Shown here: positions 49,703 to 59,947 of the stretch, piece by piece | Layout: the number at the start of each line of letters is the position of its first letter | How positions within the stretch are numbered: position 1 is the first letter of the stretch | NCBI GenBank assembly: GCA_041690135.1 | Contig: JAWLHY010000003.1 | Span: forward strand, 608,001-672,000 | Direction: 5' to 3' | Length of the DNA: 64,000 nucleotides | Origin: Armatimonadota bacterium | GTDB taxonomy: Bacteria; Armatimonadota; SYMT01 | Translations under genes and position numbers: made by a program | The notes under the pieces: model-generated | What the model was told of the DNA's origin: nothing | Databases searched by the model: none | Seen by the model: the letters and a program-made list of their open reading frames with translations, nothing else

Positions 49703-50827
49703 ATGGCGCTACCGACCGAAACAACCCAACCGCAAACGGACCTGTTCGAGGAGGCTTCCCCTCCGGCGGCGATCATCCCCCTTCAAGAGGTCCTGGAGAA
49801 CACCCGGCAGCTCGCCTCGCTGGCCCCGGAATACCTTGCCGGCCACGCCGCGGCGAACCAGCGGAAGGACGGCCATCCCACCCCGGCCGAGGCGGACTAT
49901 TACGGCCTTCCCGCCATCAAGAAACCGGAGTGGGAGTGGTACATCCCCGCCTACTTCTGGTGCGGCGGGGTGGCCAGCGGCGCCTACATCACGGCGGCCC
50001 TGCTCGACCTGCGCCACCGGCCGGAGGACGCGGCCCTCGTTCGAGCCGGACGGTACATCGCCCTCACGGGCGCGGCGGTCAGTCCGGTGCTGCTGATCGC
50101 GGACCTGGGCCGCCCCGAGCGGTGGTACAACATGCTCCGTGTGTTCCGTCCCCGGTCGATGATGAATATGGGGGCCTGGGCGCTGGTGGCCTTCGGCGCC
50201 TTCACCGCTAAGGCGGCCGGTCTCCAGGTGCTCCAGGACCTCGCGCCGGAGAGCCGCGTCACCCGGTGGCTGCTTCCGGTGGGACGGGTCGTCACGGCGG
50301 CGGGCATTGCTCCCGCGGCCGTGATCGGCACTTACACCGGCTTGCTGCTCGCGGCGACCAACGTCCCCCTGTGGGCGGGCAGTCGCCGCACGATCGGCCC
50401 GCTCTTCTTCTGCTCTGCCATGTCCACGGGGATGGCGGCGGTGGACCTGACTTCCCGCATGCTGGGACCGGTCAGCGAAGCCGCGGAGGAACGCCTGAAA
50501 AAGGCCGAGGGGATCGCCCTGGGAGCTGAGCTGGCAATGACCGCCGGCGCGGCGGCCGAGCTGGGCGGGCTGGCGAAGCCCCTGGCCGGGGGAAAATGGG
50601 GGCGCGCCCTGCAGTTGGGCAGCATCGGGCTCGGCATGGTGGCGCCGCTCGTACTGCGGGAGGTAGGAAAACACCTGTCGCCCCGCCCTCGCAAGACCCT
50701 CGGGCTCCTGGCTTCCGCGTTGGTCCTGGCCGGCGGCGCCGTGATGCGCTTTGCCATAACGGAGGCGGGCAAGGAGCAGTGCGACGATCCGCAAGCTTAC
50801 TTCGACTACACGAGGCCGGAAGCATGA
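49703..50827 (+). CDS. nrfD: NrfD/PsrC family membrane anchor subunit
   Basis: YYGLPAIKKPEW..YFWCGG, LIADLGRPERW..ML, SMMNMGAW, YTGLLL. Confidence 0.88.
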   Translation: MALPTETTQPQTDLFEEASPPAAIIPLQEVLENTRQLASLAPEYLAGHAAANQRKDGHPTPAEADYYGLPAIKKPEWEWYIPAYFWCGGVASGAYITAALLDLRHRPEDAALVRAGRYIALTGAAVSPVLLIADLGRPERWYNMLRVFRPRSMMNMGAWALVAFGAFTAKAAGLQVLQDLAPESRVTRWLLPVGRVVTAAGIAPAAVIGTYTGLLLAATNVPLWAGSRRTIGPLFFCSAMSTGMAAVDLTSRMLGPVSEAAEERLKKAEGIALGAELAMTAGAAAELGGLAKPLAGGKWGRALQLGSIGLGMVAPLVLREVGKHLSPRPRKTLGLLASALVLAGGAVMRFAITEAGKEQCDDPQAYFDYTRPEA

Positions 50828-51096
50828 AGAACAACCGCCGCCGGAACGAAGGCTGGGCGCTCCAGGCCAATCTTCCCACCTCCGGCTCCCTGCACGGCGT
50901 GATCACCATCGTCCAGGAAGACCGCTTCCGCCTGGAAGATGCCCTGGGCCGTGGTTATCTCTTCACCCTGGGCCGCAAGGTGGCCCTGTCGCTACAGGAC
51001 CTCCAGAACTTCAGCCGCGGACGCACCCCCGTCACCGTCGAGTTCGAAGGCGCCCCCGACCTGGGCGCAGTCGCCACCGCTGTGCACACATGCTGA
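50824..51096 (+). CDS. Small hypothetical protein coupled to nrfD
   Basis: ATGA overlap, GVITIVQEDRFRL..VTVEF. Confidence 0.7.
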   Translation: MKNNRRRNEGWALQANLPTSGSLHGVITIVQEDRFRLEDALGRGYLFTLGRKVALSLQDLQNFSRGRTPVTVEFEGAPDLGAVATAVHTC

Positions 51097-51239
51097 GGGT
51101 CAAAACGATTGGTTACAAGAAAACCAAGCGACCGTCACTGCGAGGAGGGATAGAACCAACCGACTTCACAGACCACCACCGCCGCCTTGCCGGAGCGCAG
51201 TCGTTCTGAAGCTGTACCCCGTTACCCGACGTGGCAGAC

Positions 51240-51402
51240 CCCCTGGTCAGGGGAGTTGTCCTTACGCGGGTGTGGCAGCCTCCTGGTCAGCGAACCCGTC
51301 CCGTACCCAGCATCTTTATCCTTATCGTAGTCCTAATCCAATACGGCCCCTGGTCAGGGGAGTTGTCCTCACGCGATTGTGGCAACCTTCTGGCCGAACC
51401 GT
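51240..51402. repeat. Direct repeat of a structured ~55-bp unit, 107-bp period
   Basis: CCCCTGGTCAGGGGAGTTGTCCT is identical at 51240 and 51347, and similarity continues to GAACC(C)GT. Confidence 0.7.
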
Positions 51403-51825
51403 AGCAGTGGTTACATGCGCATACGGCCGATGGCTGCGCCCTTTTCCAGAACGGTAAGCTCCCGTATTCAGTGGACACGTCCTTTTACCAGGGGGATTGC
51501 CACGACCGGCATTGCGGCGGCTCCCGTCCAACACAGTTCGATGATTGGGAGAAAAGATCCCGCACTCGATTCGGCACAGCCGGTCTCGCAATGACGCCTA
51601 CTAGCCTTTCGAGGTCCTTCCAGGTGGTTTCGTCTTACATGCAAACGAACGCTCGCAGCAGTGGCTCCGCACTGCCCACACCCCCACACCCCCATACTCC
51701 CACCGCGTTTCATTGCCCGCCTGCTGGGTAAAGCGGGTTGGGTTAGGAGATACGGTCGCCAGGTACCCGAGACGGTTGGCGACCGTATGAAACGTCAAAA
51801 CCAGAGGATGGTTGGGAGGAAGGAA

Positions 51826-52632
51826 ATGAAAAAGGTAGCAGCAGCGGGACTGATGTCTTTGGCCCTGGCGGGATCCGCCGCGGCGCAGGAGATCGGCGCG
51901 CGGCCGGTAGACCGCGGGACGCCGGTGGTGATCGTCGGCGCGATCAGCAGTCAGCCGCGGGACTTTGGCTTCTTCCACGAAAAGAAGATGCAGGTCGCGG
52001 TAGGCGAGGAGAAGACGGACCACACTCTCCACCTGGGGAACGCCAAGTTCTTCGATGCCAGCGGGCGTGAGTTGGCCAAGAGCGACCTGCTGGACAAGTG
52101 GTGGGTCCGCGCGGAAGGGACCGTGATGAAGGATCCCCGCCGGATCAACGTCACCCGCTTGGTGGTTATCGGCAAGGAGCCCACGGCTTACCGCCAGAGC
52201 AGCTACTTCCGGCCGGGCCACGCGCAGGGATATGTGGTGGTCGAGAACGTGGCCGGCGCGCGCGAGGTCCTGCCTTCTACTCGCGTCTTCAGCCCGGGCA
52301 CCCGCGTGGAAGTGCTGGCCCCGATTAGCAGCCAGCCGCGCGATGCCGGGGTGGGCGTAGAGGAGAAGATGCAGGTGGCGATCGGTCCGGATAAGACGGA
52401 CTACACCCTGCACTTCGACGACGCGCAGTTGACCGGGCTCAACGGCCAGGAAGCGTTCGCCAGCGGCCTGCGCGACCGGATGTGGGTTCGCGCCTGGGGC
52501 CGCGTGATGGAAGACTCCCGCCGGATCCAGGTGGACCGCCTGGAAGTGGTGGCCAACGACGATGAGTCCTACCGCGCCGGCCAGCAGTTCGGCACGGGCG
52601 GCGAGTTCGGTTACATCCGCGCCGCGCAGTAA
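51826..52632 (+). CDS. Secreted hypothetical protein with two tandem copies of an uncharacterised domain
   Basis: GGAGGAAGG RBS, signal ending AAA-Q, two repeats of ISSQPRD..KMQVA.G..KTD.TLH..WVRA.G.VM.D.RRI. Confidence 0.82.
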   Translation: MKKVAAAGLMSLALAGSAAAQEIGARPVDRGTPVVIVGAISSQPRDFGFFHEKKMQVAVGEEKTDHTLHLGNAKFFDASGRELAKSDLLDKWWVRAEGTVMKDPRRINVTRLVVIGKEPTAYRQSSYFRPGHAQGYVVVENVAGAREVLPSTRVFSPGTRVEVLAPISSQPRDAGVGVEEKMQVAIGPDKTDYTLHFDDAQLTGLNGQEAFASGLRDRMWVRAWGRVMEDSRRIQVDRLEVVANDDESYRAGQQFGTGGEFGYIRAAQ

Positions 52633-52653
52633 CCGTCCCCGCTGGGGATGCTG

Positions 52654-52690
52654 GAAAGGGGAGCACCTCACCACGAGGCGCTCCCCTTTC
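52654..52690. terminator. Hairpin between convergent genes, probable bidirectional terminator
   Basis: GAAAGGGGAGC..GCTCCCCTTTC. Confidence 0.65.
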
Positions 52691-52740
52691 TTCGCTTCAC
52701 CCCCGGGCTAGCCGGTGGCGGGTCTCTGAAGTGGAAAGCG

Positions 52741-54048
52741 TCACTCCGCTTCTTCCGCCAGGCCTACGAGGGTCAGCGGCCCCTTGGGCAGCAACGGCGT
52801 ATCCTTCCACATCCGGATGAGTTCCCGGTAGGCCCGGCCCACCGGTCGCAAGTTACGGTCCAGGTCGTAGAGGCCTAGGGGGTTCACCCGGTTGTTTTCC
52901 TCCCGCAAGGCCGTGTCCCAATCCACCTGGTCCGTCAGGCTGTACCAGGTCATTCCCACCAGGGGAATGCCGTCCCGCCGGAGTTGCTGGATGTTCGTCC
53001 AGGTCTTCCACAGCCAGTGTTCCGCTTCCCCCTCGTAAGCATTTGTCTCCGTATGCATCACCGGCAGGTTATAGCGATGGTAATAGTGGCTGGCGAGCAC
53101 ATAATAGCCGAACACCTCGCCGCCGAACTCGCGGTTGTGCTCGTCCGTCAGCAGGTGCTCGTTGGCGGGATAGTAGTCGTGCCCCATCACGCAGTGCTCG
53201 CGCAGGTCGAGCGTCGCAAGGAACTCCAGCTCCTCTTCCGCCATACCGTGCTCGCGCAGGTAGAGGTACATTCCCGCGTTCACGGTATGACCCAGTGTGA
53301 GATCGAGCGAAAGAAAGCGCCGGTCGTTGTACATCTCCGCCAGTTCGGCGAGTTCCGGGCGGTTGGCGTGGGTGTGCTCCGAGGACTCGCACAGCACGAA
53401 CAACGCGTCCGGACGCTCGTCGATGATTGACAGCATGGCTTCCACGTTGGCGCGCACCAGGTGCTTGAGGGCGGTGACAAACGCCTGGTGGCTGGTGAGC
53501 CGCTCGTTCCACCACCCGTAGAAGGCGCTGAACTCCGCCGCGATGTACATCTCATTCACCGGCGTGTAATACCGGACCCAGGGATACCTGCGCGCGAAAG
53601 CCCGGGCGTACTCGCTGAACAGTGCGGGCCAATCCGGGTTCTGAAAACTGCCGATCCAGTCCGGCACCCCGAAGTGGCATAGGTCGACGATCGGGATCAG
53701 GCCCAAACGGCGCAGTTCCGGAAACACCTGGTCCGTCCACTCCCAGTCGTAGCGACCAGGGCCAAGGTGCATTCGGTAGTAGGGTGGTCCATACCGCAAG
53801 TAGCGAATTCCCAGGTCCCGCGTGAGCTCCAGGTCCTCCCGCCAGTACCGGTAATGACCGCACTTCTCCAACTGGTCGATGCGGCGGACGCCCCGTGGTG
53901 TTTCGATGATGGGATAGCTGCACTCGATGCCGGTGGCGAATAGGAAGCGCTGTGTGCTGGGGTTGGAGCGGCACCGGTCGTGGTAGTACTTCATCCACGC
54001 GTTCCGGGTAGATGGGTTCCTCCGGTCCTCGGTGTTGCGATCGCTCAT
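52741..54048 (-). CDS. Glycoside hydrolase family 1-like beta-glucosidase
   Basis: FATGIECS, DLCHFGVP, TPVNE acid/base, HTETN nucleophile, GLYDLDR. Confidence 0.88.
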   Translation of the reverse strand: MSDRNTEDRRNPSTRNAWMKYYHDRCRSNPSTQRFLFATGIECSYPIIETPRGVRRIDQLEKCGHYRYWREDLELTRDLGIRYLRYGPPYYRMHLGPGRYDWEWTDQVFPELRRLGLIPIVDLCHFGVPDWIGSFQNPDWPALFSEYARAFARRYPWVRYYTPVNEMYIAAEFSAFYGWWNERLTSHQAFVTALKHLVRANVEAMLSIIDERPDALFVLCESSEHTHANRPELAELAEMYNDRRFLSLDLTLGHTVNAGMYLYLREHGMAEEELEFLATLDLREHCVMGHDYYPANEHLLTDEHNREFGGEVFGYYVLASHYYHRYNLPVMHTETNAYEGEAEHWLWKTWTNIQQLRRDGIPLVGMTWYSLTDQVDWDTALREENNRVNPLGLYDLDRNLRPVGRAYRELIRMWKDTPLLPKGPLTLVGLAEEAE

Positions 54049-54363
54049 TTCGGCTGTTTCGTTCCCAATTTACCCCTCGGGCAAACACCCGGCACTGGAG
54101 CAGCAGCAGAGTAGATGTAGCTTACCTTTCCATCTCGCGTTTTAACGGGTGGTTGCACGGGAAGCACTGCAGTGGTCTGTTGTGCGGCGGAGAACGCCCT
54201 AGCCTCTCCGGTCGCGCAGTCGTGCATTCCCTCGAGACGGCAGCCCGAGCCGACCAGGTGGGCTGGGAGGCCGTGGGCGTGCCTACGAGAACTGGAACGA
54301 CAACCCTGCGCTCACGCCGTCCGATCTCCATGCGCACTGGCGGGAGCGCCGCGGACGAAGAGA

Positions 54364-55074
54364 ATGCTGAAGTTGAAACCACTCCTCGGGCTGGCCCTTC
54401 TGGGCCTGCTTTGCCCGGCTCTGACGGCTCCCGCCCATGCGGGGGACCCGGAACCGGTGCCCACGGCGAACCGAACGCGGTTTCCCAACTTCCTGGGGGC
54501 GACCGGCCTCCTCTACACGCCCAGTGCCTACACCTTCGGCAATGGGGAGACGGCGGGCCATTTCCATGCTAATGCCGATTTCTATGGCGGGGGGGCGCTG
54601 GCGGGGGTGACTGAACGGCTAGAACTGGGCCTCACGGTCATCGATGCGGATGATGAGCCGCGACGCAGCTTCTTCGACAGCGGAGGCACGGAGTTCATTG
54701 CCAACGGCAAACTCCAGCTCGTCCGGGAAACGGATGTCCTGCCGGCGTTCTCCATCGGGGTGATCGACGCCTTCAACGAGTTGAAACAAGACTCGAGTTG
54801 GTACTTCGTTGCCAGCAAGTATTTCACCCGCGGGGATACGGACGCGGACTTCGCTCTAGTAGGACACCTCGGTTACGGCGACGGCATCTTCGACGACAAT
54901 GTGTTCGCCGGGGTCGAGATGCTCTTCAACCAGAACATGGGGGCCATGGTCGAGTACCAGGACGACAAGTTCAACTTCGGCGTCCGGGGACGGTGGCGCG
55001 GTTTCGCCGCGACCGTCGGCCTGTTCGACACGAAGCACTTTGGGGGTGGTGTGAGCTACACCCTGCGCTTCTGA
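54364..55074 (+). CDS. Outer-membrane beta-barrel, YjbH-like
   Basis: Signal ending AHA, GATGLLYTPSA motif, C-terminal VSYTLRF. Confidence 0.7.
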   Translation: MLKLKPLLGLALLGLLCPALTAPAHAGDPEPVPTANRTRFPNFLGATGLLYTPSAYTFGNGETAGHFHANADFYGGGALAGVTERLELGLTVIDADDEPRRSFFDSGGTEFIANGKLQLVRETDVLPAFSIGVIDAFNELKQDSSWYFVASKYFTRGDTDADFALVGHLGYGDGIFDDNVFAGVEMLFNQNMGAMVEYQDDKFNFGVRGRWRGFAATVGLFDTKHFGGGVSYTLRF

Positions 55075-55107
55075 CGGGCGCCCGCGCGAAGATTTTCTCT
55101 CCTGTTT

Positions 55108-55151
55108 CGAAACGGCGCCGAGGTACCGATCGGTACCCCGGCGCCGTTTCG
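55108..55151. terminator. Long hairpin between convergent genes
   Basis: CGAAACGGCGCCGAGGTACCG-AT-CGGTACCCCGGCGCCGTTTCG. Confidence 0.7.
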
Positions 55152-55177
55152 TCTTGAGCGTTTCGCCCCCGCGAGCG

Positions 55178-55735
55178 TCAGCGTCGCCAGTAAACGCGCA
55201 CCAGGTGGTTATCGGCCGACCACCGGTATTCGACTTCCCCGTTGTGCGCCTTGTCGATGCGCCGTCCGATCCGCTGCGCCAGTTTCTCGTTCGTGGTTTC
55301 CACCACCAGCTGCCCATCCTCTTCGCGGATATCCATGATCCGCTCCAGGGCGTTCACCCCCAGGGCCCGCTGCTCTTCGTTGCGGATGAGGTTCAAGATC
55401 TCTTCCCGGTGCTCCTTCCAGTAGTCTCCCGAGAGAGTGACGATCCCCTGCGGATTGCGCTCGTCCACCTTCACACAGCCCGGACAGAGAATGGCCTTGG
55501 CGACCCCGGAGTTCTCGAGCAGCGATCGTTTGCGCTCGTCGAAGTACCAGTGGGCGTTCTCGAAAATGGCACCGCACCGCGCGCAGAGGGTTCCCGCTTC
55601 CCGGCTTTCATCGGGAATATAGGGGTCATCGAAATCATCGATGGTATCGCGAGGCAGGATCACATGCGGGTTGCCCACCCGGGGGCTGGCGATCGGATGC
55701 GTCGCCATGGGGTTCTTTGATGTGGATTTTCCCAT
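55178..55735 (-). CDS. BCAM0308 family protein
   Basis: DDPY, CARCGA, CPGC, LERIM..TTNEKLAQRIGR..VRVYW. Confidence 0.8.
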   Translation of the reverse strand: MGKSTSKNPMATHPIASPRVGNPHVILPRDTIDDFDDPYIPDESREAGTLCARCGAIFENAHWYFDERKRSLLENSGVAKAILCPGCVKVDERNPQGIVTLSGDYWKEHREEILNLIRNEEQRALGVNALERIMDIREEDGQLVVETTNEKLAQRIGRRIDKAHNGEVEYRWSADNHLVRVYWRR

Positions 55736-55898
55736 AATCCTCTCCCTTTCTTAAGGACCTTATCCCCGTGGTTCATGCGCTGCAAACGGGAGCGGCTCCA
55801 TCCCGGGACTGGCCGCAAGATGGGCAACATCGGAGCTTGCGCTATCCAAGGTCCCCCGCCTGTGCGTGAACTTCGATATTCTGGCAGCGCTAAAGAAC

Positions 55899-56037
55899 TG
55901 TGGAACGGGGTCGTGCTCGACTATGCGACCGACCCCGTTCCACATCCGGACGAGCGGGCTACATCCGCGCCGCGAACTAACGGCCTCACTCCAATAGCCG
56001 CAAAATGGGAAGCGTCTCACCCGAGACGCTTCCCATT
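55899..56037. repeat. Two 15-bp inverted repeats
   Basis: TGTGGAACGGGGTCG/CGACCCCGTTCCACA (55899-55944) and AATGGGAAGCGTCTC/GAGACGCTTCCCATT (56004-56037). Confidence 0.7.
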
Positions 56038-56202
56038 CTTGCTTAGCTCCCAGCACAACCTACCGCCTACTACTCACCTCCTTCATCCTTCATGCCCCCC
56101 CACTGCCCACCGCCCACTGTCCCCCCCTGGTCCCTTCCGTTCGCGTTTGGAAAAGGCTCTCCCGTGGCAGTAGGGGAGCGCACTACCCGTACCTGGCCGG
56201 AG

Positions 56203-57861
56203 ATGAAACCGATGCGGCATCACCTCACCCCCCTGGAAGGCGACTGGCAAGGCACGAGGTCGAACAACGCTTCTCCTCATGCTTCGGGGCGGGCGGGGCC
56301 GGTGGTCGTCTTCGGGATGGACGCGTGCGACATCGACCTGCTCCTTCGCTGGGTAGAAGAAGGGCACCTGCCCTTCCTCCGGTCCCGTCTGGAGTCGGGC
56401 GCCTTCTGCCGGCTGGACTCCACCCGCAACCTCTTCAGCGACGCTCCCTGGCCAAGCCTGAACACCGGCTGCTCGCCGGGCCGGCACGCCTTTTACAACC
56501 ACCTGCAGATCCGGCGGGGCAGCACGGAGATTGACCGGGTGGATGCCCACCACTGCCAGCAATTGCCGTTCTGGACCTCCCTGAAGGGCTCCGGGAAGAA
56601 GGTCGCGCTGGTGGATGTGCCCAAGACCTTCCCCGTGGAGGGGCTCGAGGGAATCCAGGTCTGCGCCTGGGGAGAGCATTACCCACTACTCCACCAGCCA
56701 GCATCCCACCCGCCGGTGTTGGCGGAGGAGCTCGCGCGCCGCTTCGGCCGCTATCCGCACCCACGCGAGGTGACCCTGCCGCGCTCGCGCGCGCAGGAAC
56801 GGGGCATCCTCCGGACGCTGCGGGAGAATCTGCGGCGCAAGGAGCGGGCGGTTGCGCACCTGCTGGAACGAGACCGCTGGGACCTCTTCTTCGCAGTCTT
56901 CTCCGAGATCCACTACGCCGGGCACCAGTTCTACCACTATCAGGAGCCGGCGCACTGGGCTCATGAGCCGAACGCCCCGGACGACCTGCGCCGCGCTCTG
57001 CTGGATCTGCACCGGGAGCAGGATGCCGCGCTGGCCCGTCTCTGCAAGCAACTGCCGGAAGAGGCACGCTGCTTCCTGGTCTCCGTCCACGGCTTCGCCA
57101 CGAACCATTCGGGAAACCACCTGATGCTGGAGGTGCTGGAGCGCCTCGGCTACTACGTCCGCCGACCTCCGGAACCGTCGCCCGGCGGGGTGGGCCGGCT
57201 ACTCCACGCCACGCGGGGATTGCGCGGCTTGATCCCGAGGGGGCTGCGTGACGCGATCAACACCCACCTGGTCCCGGAAAGCGTCCACGACCGCGCCTAT
57301 TCCGCGGAGTTCAGCGGCGGCACGGATTGGTCCCGCACCCGCGCATTCTTCCTGCCCAGCGACCACTTCCAGGCGCTGATCAGCGTGAACCTGCGAGGCC
57401 GCGAACCGCAGGGAACGGTGGAGCCGGGCACGGAGTACGACGCAGTGTGCCGCACACTCCAGGAAGATCTGCTCCAGCTCATCAATGCGGACACCGGGCG
57501 GCCCGCCGTCACCGGCGTGGTGAAAATCGCCGACGTCTACGCCGGCCCCAACCGTCATGAACTGCCCGACCTGGTGGTCCAGTGGGCGGAGGCCGGGAGG
57601 ATCGAGAGGGTGCGCCACCCGCGGTTCGAGACGATCGAGCGTCCGTACCCGGAACTGCGGCGCACCCAGCACGCCCCGGACGGTTTCATGATCGGCTGGG
57701 GTCCGGGCATCCGCTCCGGAGCGCGGCCGGAGCGCGCCAGCACGCTCGACTTCGCCCCCACCATATTAACCCTGCTCGGCCAGCCACTGCCCACCCACCT
57801 CGAGGGCCGGGTTCTCGAAGAGTTGATGACGCCAAAGCGGCAACTGGCAGCGGCGGCATGA
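56203..57861 (+). CDS. Alkaline phosphatase superfamily / type I phosphodiesterase-like protein (start uncertain)
   Basis: VVFGMDACD, WPSLNTG..PGRH, IHYAGH, VSVHGF, NLRGREPQG, DFAPTIL. Confidence 0.85.
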   Translation: MKPMRHHLTPLEGDWQGTRSNNASPHASGRAGPVVVFGMDACDIDLLLRWVEEGHLPFLRSRLESGAFCRLDSTRNLFSDAPWPSLNTGCSPGRHAFYNHLQIRRGSTEIDRVDAHHCQQLPFWTSLKGSGKKVALVDVPKTFPVEGLEGIQVCAWGEHYPLLHQPASHPPVLAEELARRFGRYPHPREVTLPRSRAQERGILRTLRENLRRKERAVAHLLERDRWDLFFAVFSEIHYAGHQFYHYQEPAHWAHEPNAPDDLRRALLDLHREQDAALARLCKQLPEEARCFLVSVHGFATNHSGNHLMLEVLERLGYYVRRPPEPSPGGVGRLLHATRGLRGLIPRGLRDAINTHLVPESVHDRAYSAEFSGGTDWSRTRAFFLPSDHFQALISVNLRGREPQGTVEPGTEYDAVCRTLQEDLLQLINADTGRPAVTGVVKIADVYAGPNRHELPDLVVQWAEAGRIERVRHPRFETIERPYPELRRTQHAPDGFMIGWGPGIRSGARPERASTLDFAPTILTLLGQPLPTHLEGRVLEELMTPKRQLAAAA

Positions 57862-58838
57862 AACAGGTACTCGTAACGGGAGCAACCGGCTTCGTGGGCA
57901 GTCACCTGGCGGAGCGGTTGGCGGCGGAAGGAGATCGGGTGAGGGTGCTGGTACGGTCGGAGCCAGCGCCGAGCCTGCTGGAACAGCAGGGGGTGCAACC
58001 TATTTCCGGCGACCTCCGCGATTCGGAATCGCTGCGCCGGGCGGTGGCGGGCTGCGAGGTCGTGTATCACGTCGCGGCGCTCACCACCCGACAGCATCCG
58101 TCCTCTCGCGATGCCGAGGCGGTGAACGTGGACGGCACGCGCCACCTGCTGGAGGCGTGCCGGTCGGCCGGAGTTGGCCGGGTGGTGCACGTCAGCACGG
58201 CTGGCGTCTACGGCACGTTGAAGGCGGTGGAAGTGGACGAGGAGACGCCGCCCGCGCCCAACACCGTCTACCGGGCTACCAAGCTGCGGGCGGAACAGGC
58301 CTGTCGCGAGCAGGAGCGCCGGGGAGGTACTCCGGTGACGATTGCCCGCCTCGGCAGCGTCTACGGCCCTCGGTCACGGAACTGGCTCGGTCTCGTTGGG
58401 GCGTTATGCGGACCGAGCTTCCGAATGGTGGGCGAGGGTGAGAACCACCTGGATCTCGTCCATGTGTCGGATGTGGCCGAAGGATTGGTCCGCTGTGGTC
58501 GAACCCCCGGAGCAGGGGGCCGTACCTACTTGATCGCCTCGGGCGAGCGGGTGCGCCTGCGGGACTTCCTCTCCCTACTGAATCGGGAGATGGGCGGAGC
58601 GTGCCGCCTGGGACAGGTTCCGGAGCTGCCGTTCCGCGCCTACCACCGGCTCTGCAACACCGTCTTCCGGGCCACCGGCGTCGAGCTCCCGCTGGCGCAC
58701 CGGTATGAGATCTTCCTGGCCAACCGCCGGCTTTCCATCGCCCGTGCCCGTGAAGAACTGGGCTATCAGCCGCGTGTCTCCCTGGAAGAGGGCCTCCCCT
58801 CACTCATCGCCTGGTACCGGGCGCAGGGATGGGTATGA
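57858..58838 (+). CDS. NAD-dependent epimerase/dehydratase
   Basis: VTGATGFVGS, YRATK. ATGA overlap with the upstream gene. Confidence 0.9.
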   Translation: MKQVLVTGATGFVGSHLAERLAAEGDRVRVLVRSEPAPSLLEQQGVQPISGDLRDSESLRRAVAGCEVVYHVAALTTRQHPSSRDAEAVNVDGTRHLLEACRSAGVGRVVHVSTAGVYGTLKAVEVDEETPPAPNTVYRATKLRAEQACREQERRGGTPVTIARLGSVYGPRSRNWLGLVGALCGPSFRMVGEGENHLDLVHVSDVAEGLVRCGRTPGAGGRTYLIASGERVRLRDFLSLLNREMGGACRLGQVPELPFRAYHRLCNTVFRATGVELPLAHRYEIFLANRRLSIARAREELGYQPRVSLEEGLPSLIAWYRAQGWV

Positions 58839-59176
58839 GGCGTGTTGCGTAATCCGCCGTGCTTGCCCTGGCCTGGGCCAGATGAGCGCCCGCAAACCCG
58901 CCCTGGAACTGGGGATGTTCCACCCTGTCTCACCCCGTTCGGAAAAGCCGGCCGCCTGCCGTCCTGTTCTTATCCGTATCCGAACCGGACCATCGCTCCC
59001 CGCCTTTTCAGCCGGCGCCTTAGTCGTCTTCTTGCAGTGCGGCCGCAGCACTAAGGAACCGTTAAGGAATAACGGCTACATCGTTTCCAGCCCGTACGGG
59101 CTTCGCCGTGTGTAGCCGGGGCACCCACTTGTGGGTCGTCACTCGCCCAACTGTAGCGGCTATTGTTTAGCACTCC

Positions 59177-59947
59177 CTAACCTCGGTATCCGCGGAGGTA
59201 ATCGCGAGTCTCGGGCTCCCTGGGAGCGTCGAAGACGTGCGAGGCGGGCCCATGTTCGACCAGGCATCCGGCCCCGTCCCGCAGCCAGAAGAGCGCCGCC
59301 GCGTCCGCCAGGCGGCGGGCCTGGGCCAGGTTATGGGTGACCACCACCAGCGTATAGCGGCCGCGGAGGCGGAGGATCAGCTCCTCGATGACGCCGGTGG
59401 AGAGAGGATCGAGGGCGCTGCATGGCTCGTCCAGCAGGAGAACTTCCGGCTGAAGCGAGAGGGCCCGCGCGAAGCAGAGCCGCTGCTGCTGCCCTCCGGA
59501 GAGGGCGAGCGCCGGGGCGTCGAGGCGGTCGCGGACCTCCTCCCAGAGGCCGACATCGCGCAGGCAAGCTTCGATCCGGAGGGGGCGCTCCTCCCTCGCG
59601 CAGCCGTGCTCCCGCAGGGGCAGGTCCAGGTTGGCGCGGATCGAGATCGGAAAAGGGTTGGGGCGCTGGAAGATCATTCCCACCCGGCGGCGATGGGCGA
59701 GGAGATCGAGGCGCGGGTCAAGGAGGTCCGTCTCGTCCAGGCGCAGGCTCCCCTCCACCCGGCAGCCGGGGATCAGGTCGGTGAGACGGTTGAGGCAGTT
59801 GAGAAAGCTGGTTTTGCCGCAGCCGGAAGGGCCGACCAGCGCGGTGATGCGTCCTGCCGCGACCCCGAAGGTCACGTCCCGGAGGGCGAGCCGCCCCCCG
59901 TAGGAGATGCGGAGGCCTTCCGCCTGAATGAGGGGTGAAGGATTCAT
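59177..59947 (-). CDS. pstB: Phosphate ABC transporter ATPase
   Basis: GPSGCGKT, VGMIFQRPNPFP, LSGGQQQRLC, DEPCSALDP. Confidence 0.93.
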   Translation of the reverse strand: MNPSPLIQAEGLRISYGGRLALRDVTFGVAAGRITALVGPSGCGKTSFLNCLNRLTDLIPGCRVEGSLRLDETDLLDPRLDLLAHRRRVGMIFQRPNPFPISIRANLDLPLREHGCAREERPLRIEACLRDVGLWEEVRDRLDAPALALSGGQQQRLCFARALSLQPEVLLLDEPCSALDPLSTGVIEELILRLRGRYTLVVVTHNLAQARRLADAAALFWLRDGAGCLVEHGPASHVFDAPREPETRDYLRGYRG

